A stretch of DNA of 41,054 bases from Catajapyx aquilonaris (Eukaryota), in NCBI GenBank assembly GCA_000934665.2, contig KZ538906.1, positions 1-41,054 of the forward strand. The letters are read 5' to 3'. The position numbers and the translations under genes were made by a program. This document shows, one piece after another, positions 36,083-41,054 of the stretch; position 1 is the first letter of the stretch, and each line of letters begins with the position of its first letter. A model generated the notes under the pieces. That model did no database searches. It saw nothing but the letters and a program-made list of their open reading frames with translations, and had not been told where the DNA came from.

Positions 36083-36560
36083 GTCAGTAACCAAGGACCC
36101 TATTGACTGAAACTGCTTTGTTTTGGGTAGGAGAATAAGGGTGATAGGAAAGTGATTTACAATGGCTGCGTAAAGCACATGTGAACTGATGTTAGGGTGA
36201 AGTGGGTCCATAGTAATTGACAAGTAACTTCATGAAAAATAGTTGCATGCTGATCTACAAAAAACGTGGCATCCACATGACCTATAGTTGACCCAGAAAA
36301 AGATTGAAAGATCCCATGGGTTTTTTCCTAATTTCCAGCTCCCCAGTCTTCCACCCTACCACCTCTTCCCCTATGTTTACCCTGGAGGAAATGTATAGAT
36401 GCCAGGTGGGAAATTTTGTTTTCACCCTGGCTATGGCATATTTTGCGTTCCATATGCATCTGGAAAGTCTACTTCAAAGCCCCAGAAATCCTGTGCAGTC
36501 TTTTCCTGGACCAACTATAGCATATCTTCATGCATTATTTTATTTATAGTGGAACTTCCA

Positions 36561-36832
36561 TGGGGCGACACGGTGGCGGAGTGGTTAGCGCCGCAGCCTT
36601 CCACCTCTAAGGTCCCGAGTTCGATCCCCGGGTCGGATGGAGTATTTTTATGTGGATAGAGTTTCGATGGGTTCTCTCAGTGTTCGCGTGGGTTTTCTCG
36701 GGGTTCTCCCGTTTCCTCCCACTATCAAAATCCATCACAGCGCAGGCAATGATTAAAGTCGGTTAAATAAAAGATGATCCCCTAAGAGGCCCAAGGAAGC
36801 CTAGCACGGGGTATCCAATTAATTAATTAATT
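36561..36832 (+). mobile_element. tRNA-derived SINE, family D
   Basis: ggtggcggagtggttagcg A box, gagttcgatccc B box; tail cccctaagaggccc..gcctagcacggggtatcc(aatt)n; flanking direct repeat tagtggaacttccat (TSD-like). Confidence 0.88.
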
Positions 36833-37734
36833 AGTGGAACTTCCATAACTTGAACATCCGTAAGTCAAAGTTCTCTTCAAGTGGGAAAAAGTTACGTTAC
36901 TGCTTGGTAACAATGTAAAGTAACAGGAATTAAATGTCTAAGGTGAATTTTTATTTCTCAAAGTTTTCAAAAGCTCAAACTGCTGGCAATAGATGTAATT
37001 TATGCATTTAAAAAGTTTCCACAAGTTGTGAGTTTGTGCCACAATTGAATATATTTCGCCACTATATTGCCTAAGGGTTAAAGACAGCTCAAATCTTGCG
37101 AATTGCATCATGAGAGGGAGAGCCAAGTGATGTTTTGCATTGTTGTAGTAACAACCCAAAATAATTTATTAGGAGAGGACTGGGAGAGGACATAATATTG
37201 TCAAAGGACTGTCACAGACTTGATTCTCAAAAAATGCAGTTTTGTGCAGCAATACTTGTTAAAACTTTTCTAACTTGATCTTCCAAACTTGGAAGTTCTT
37301 TTCTGGTCCGTGGGAGACTCAGGTTATAGAAGTTCCACATAACTTTTTGTTTATATGTGCTGCCACAGTACATTTTTTAAAGATATGCATCTATTTCTTG
37401 TTCATGGTGGTAAGTGAGGCTGGGCGCAAACAGGGGAATTGGGGGGTGACTTGTTTCCCACCTGGAGGCACCGATGGCCTGGCAATAAATTTCTCACCAG
37501 CAAGAAACATTGGGGAAACCGGAATTCTCGGGTAGGGGCCCAGGCAACAGGTTACTCCCCAATTCCTACGTTTGCAGCAGGCGAGATGTTCATGAATTAT
37601 AGTTGCCACTGTGAACAAAGAGTGGAAATTTCATGTCCCAGGGATACTCCCTCATCATTTTGATAGACAGTTTTTCTGACAAGGTAAAACCTTGTTTGGA
37701 GAACAGTGGTAATAACACAGCTTACTAACAGTGT

Positions 37735-38067
37735 CGGGGAGACGGAGTGGCGCCGCGGTAATGTGCTCCCACGGATGTGAAGGTCCAGGGATCATATCCC
37801 GCCCAGGGACACCCCCTTCATCTTGTGCAGAGTGTGGGTCGTCTCTGGCTTCGTTTCTGGGTGGAATATCCTACAGACAAATCCACCCGGGGGAGTTCAC
37901 AAAATGACCTCGTACAGCATTGCACTGCACTTGCACATCCCCTCCTGTCATCCCCTATCTCTCGCGGTACCCGGGCGTTACCGAAAAGGACCAAAAATGT
38001 AGCTGTACACCTAAAAGCAAATAAAGGTACCATGCCAGATGCCCATCAATGGGTGGTGCACTAGCCC

Positions 38068-38126
<59 letters not shown>
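37735..38126 (+). mobile_element. tRNA-derived SINE, family B, with (ATT)n tail
   Basis: Family B head and body; flanked by the direct repeat ttactaacagtg. Confidence 0.85.
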
Positions 38127-38127
<1 letters not shown>

Positions 38128-38226
38128 TAACAGTGACAAATTATAAGCTACTAGCACTAAGCCTGTCTCTGAGAGGAGATTATTGATGTTACAACAGAGT
38201 TGCAAAAAAAGGGCTTATTGAATATA

Positions 38227-38819
38227 CAGTCACGGATGGATAAAAGTCACGGACGGATTAAAAAGAAGCAGCATGAGAAACATTCCCCTGGACATGCTGG
38301 AGCGCGTTATGAAGGGTTTTGCCCGGCGCTTGGAGGAATAATGTGTTGCCTGCTGAGGACATGTGGCGAACACCAAACAAACTAAAAGTCAAGTGTTTCC
38401 TGGGCGGGTCATTTTGAGATTTGGGGACATTTCATGTCAGCCGCGGTCGCCGGATTCGACCACCCCCGACGACTTCTTATGGGAGTATCTGAAGAGTTTG
38501 GTGTTCGCCACATGTACTCAGTCATTGGCTGATCAGATAAGATCAGAAAGAGGATAAGATAAGACACGCCATGAGAAACATTCCCCTGGACATGCTGGAG
38601 CGCGTTATGAAGGGTTTTGTCCGGCGCTTGGGGGAATAATGTGTTCCCCGCAAAGGTGGACATCTATCCGGTGTTGTTATCAAAAAGTGACTTTTTTGGA
38701 CCTCGATCCATAAATGGCATATCTTTCTCTGTGTAGTGTAATTTTTTTTAAATATAATTGTTCGTTACTTACGCCATGCTGCGTCTTTTTAGTCCGCCCA
38801 TGACTTTTGCCCCACCCTG
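38227..38819 (+). mobile_element. Internally deleted rosa/DD41D-like element
   Basis: ~45-bp imperfect TIRs, TA flanks; remnant VFPGRVILRFGDISCQPRSPDSTTPDDFLWEYLKS; ~75-bp internal direct repeat (38272, 38570). Confidence 0.75.
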
Positions 38820-39061
38820 TATGAGGGCATACACACTACCATCCCTCCTGCCATCCCACTTACCCCTTTGCTATCCCTGCTTCCAACCCCCTCATGGTGG
38901 CCAAATCTATTTTTTAATGATGTGCCATAACTGGCCCTCCTACCCAAAATTCCATCAGTGTCAGAATTCTTGACACATTTACACCATCCGTAGAGTGAGA
39001 GTGTCAAGTTTCACCTCACTACCTCATCGGGAACTTGAACAGACAGATATACACTGCATGG

Positions 39062-39312
39062 CAGGCAGCATGGTGGTGTAGTGGTTAGCATCACAGCTCT
39101 GAGGTCCCGAGTTCGATTTCCGGGTCAGGCGGAGGATACTTATGTGGGTAGAGTTTCGATGAGTTCTCTCCGTGTTCATGTGGTTTTCTCTGGGCTCGCC
39201 CGTTTCCTCCCACAATCAAAATCCATCACAGCACAACCAAGTGATTCAAGATGGTTAGAAGAGATTCTCCCCTAAAAGGGCCAAGGAGGCCTATCATGGG
39301 GTATCCATTATT
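39062..39312 (+). mobile_element. tRNA-derived SINE, family D
   Basis: Similar to 36561-36832. Confidence 0.85.
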
Positions 39313-39342
39313 AAGATATACACCACATGGCTTTTTTATAAT

Positions 39343-39553
39343 GGGCAATTCCACGAAAGGCGGCCATATTGTCTGTACGTAACGCAGGTTTTGCAGACAT
39401 GTACTAGCGTATTTTATTGTAACAATACCCACACATTACATGAAATGGATTAAGCATGCAGTGCATGCATCCTGGCATTGTTATAATAAAATACTCTTGT
39501 GCACGTAGGCAACACTTGCGTTACGTACGGACGGCTGCGCCATGGAATTGCCC
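39343..39553. mobile_element. Small MITE with 4-bp TSD (Sola-like)
   Basis: TAAT|GGGCAATTCCA ... TGGAATTGCCC|TAAT; the same terminus occurs at ~19439. Confidence 0.65.
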
Positions 39554-39799
39554 TAATATAGGATAACTCTCTAGCAGCATATGGTAGTGTACTCAGAACT
39601 ATTGGTCACTTCGGCAACATTATTATGTCCATGAACTGAAATGACTTTCACATCACCCTCTAATAATATATTCAAAGTTGTAGTTTATGATGTTGATTTT
39701 GTTTGGTTCCATGTAAAGTATGCTGTGTATATCAAATATTACTCTACTTTTCTAACAAGTAAGCATTTTCTGTGAGAGTAATGAATCCTTTTAATGCAG

Positions 39800-39915
39800 A
39801 TCTTCGGGACCAAATAAAGAAACTAGAGGACCAGCTGCATGATCAAGAAGATGCATCTGCACGTCTACATGGAATGATGGACAAGCTCAGGAAGAAGATA
39901 GCCAATTTACAAAAG
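39800..39915 (+). CDS. CIP2A: CIP2A-like protein, coding exon 7 (gene continues beyond the window)
   Basis: aatgcAG acceptor, phase 1; coiled-coil DLRDQIKKLEDQL..IANLQK; donor AAG|GTAATT. Confidence 0.8.
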
Positions 39916-40577
39916 GTAATTGAAGCGCAACACAGTCAAACCAAAGAGCAATAATATGATGTTGTATTCAGCCCCACCTCCACCCGGCTCTTCCCTCCTA
40001 TCATGTCCACAAATTGCTCTGCGAGCATAGTAGCATACTACTGCGCATACTCAGAAAACACAGCTGGTGTGGCGTCAGATCATCCTTTGATTTAAAGGAC
40101 TACAGTCAGATTCTCGAGTTATTGCACACCACATGATTTATTTCATCACCTTACTGCAACCGTTTTGGAAATGTGACGGTATTGGTTTATCATTTTTACT
40201 GCATTCTATTGCATGCTATTTTCCATTGTCACATTTGTTGTTGGAAGGCTTGTTTCCAATTCTTCAATACAGAGTGGTCAAAAAAGAATGCCCCGCTTCT
40301 AAAACCCTATAACTCGGAAACTTGTAGACATATCTAATTAAGTTATAAAATGCTAACAAGGGAAGGTCACGGGGTGATAATGTCGGATCTTGATGAAATT
40401 GGACGTGCTAATACAGGACAATATATGATGCCCAAAAATGAAATATTTCGTGCTGACGTCCATATTTGCAAAAGTTAGGACGTCTTAAAGTTCCAAAAAT
40501 AATACATTTTCATACTCCATGGGATTACATTAGCGACCACATATAATGACATTGAAGTGTGTAATCAGTTTCTAGAC

Positions 40578-41054
40578 CTTTTCTCGTCGGAAAAAAGTCC
40601 TACAGAACTGCTCTGGCCGTCCGTCCGTCCGTCTGTGGACAGGTATAAAGGCCTAAACCATAAGAGATAGCGACAAACGGTTTTCATATTCGGATTGAGA
40701 GTGACCAAAATAGGTTTCATGGTCAACTTCTGGTGACCCGCCACTTCCGGTCTTCCGGGTTCACTCTATCCGCACAAGTCTATACTTTACGGGCGGGTTA
40801 TCGTTGGATTTCGAAGTTAGTTTCCGTGTATTCCTGACCGTGTTTTTCGGGGATTTGCTCCGGGTTTTATCTGACTCTCTGGCACAGGGGCAGGGGAATT
40901 TATTCCTGACGTTGGACATGTTTGCAATGAGCGTCATCGGCCGCCATGATGTTATCACCCAAGCCGATACTGGAATCGATATGTTGCCTAGGTTACGATA
41001 TATCGATTCACATGCTCCCTGAAAGAATGAGAAAAGGTCTCATCGAATCACGCT
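40578..41054 (+). mobile_element. Helentron/DINE-1-like non-autonomous element (partial)
   Basis: T-rich start, short stem-loop, then a (CCGT)n-ctgt microsatellite at 40615-40636, the layout known for DINE-1/HINE elements. Confidence 0.55.

Overview
Eukaryotic (animal, probably arthropod-like) genomic DNA with short N-gaps, rich in transposable elements; not prokaryotic, so no CRISPR, rRNA or operons. Two spliced host genes are supported, and they diverge from each other. (1) A three-exon ankyrin-repeat gene on the minus strand (4254..2313, ~215 aa). (2) A CIP2A/KIAA1524-like gene on the plus strand: seven coding exons from 15796 to 39915, 744 codons in one continuous frame, continuing past the window end. 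The CIP2A model only closes if intron 3 (28013..30623) is a minor-spliceosome (U12-type) AT-AC intron; this is the most notable signal here. The rest is a TE mosaic: a decayed RTE LINE interrupted by a hAT MITE, a DD41D (rosa/Visitor) transposase with a large nested palindrome, two fold-back mariner derivatives built from duplicated 3' halves, non-autonomous Helitrons, a Helentron/DINE-1-like element, many MITEs (TA, TTAA, 4-, 8- and 9-bp TSDs) and about five tRNA-derived SINE families that share modules. I see no convincing new enzymatic system. Homology calls come from motifs I recognise and from memory, not from database searches.
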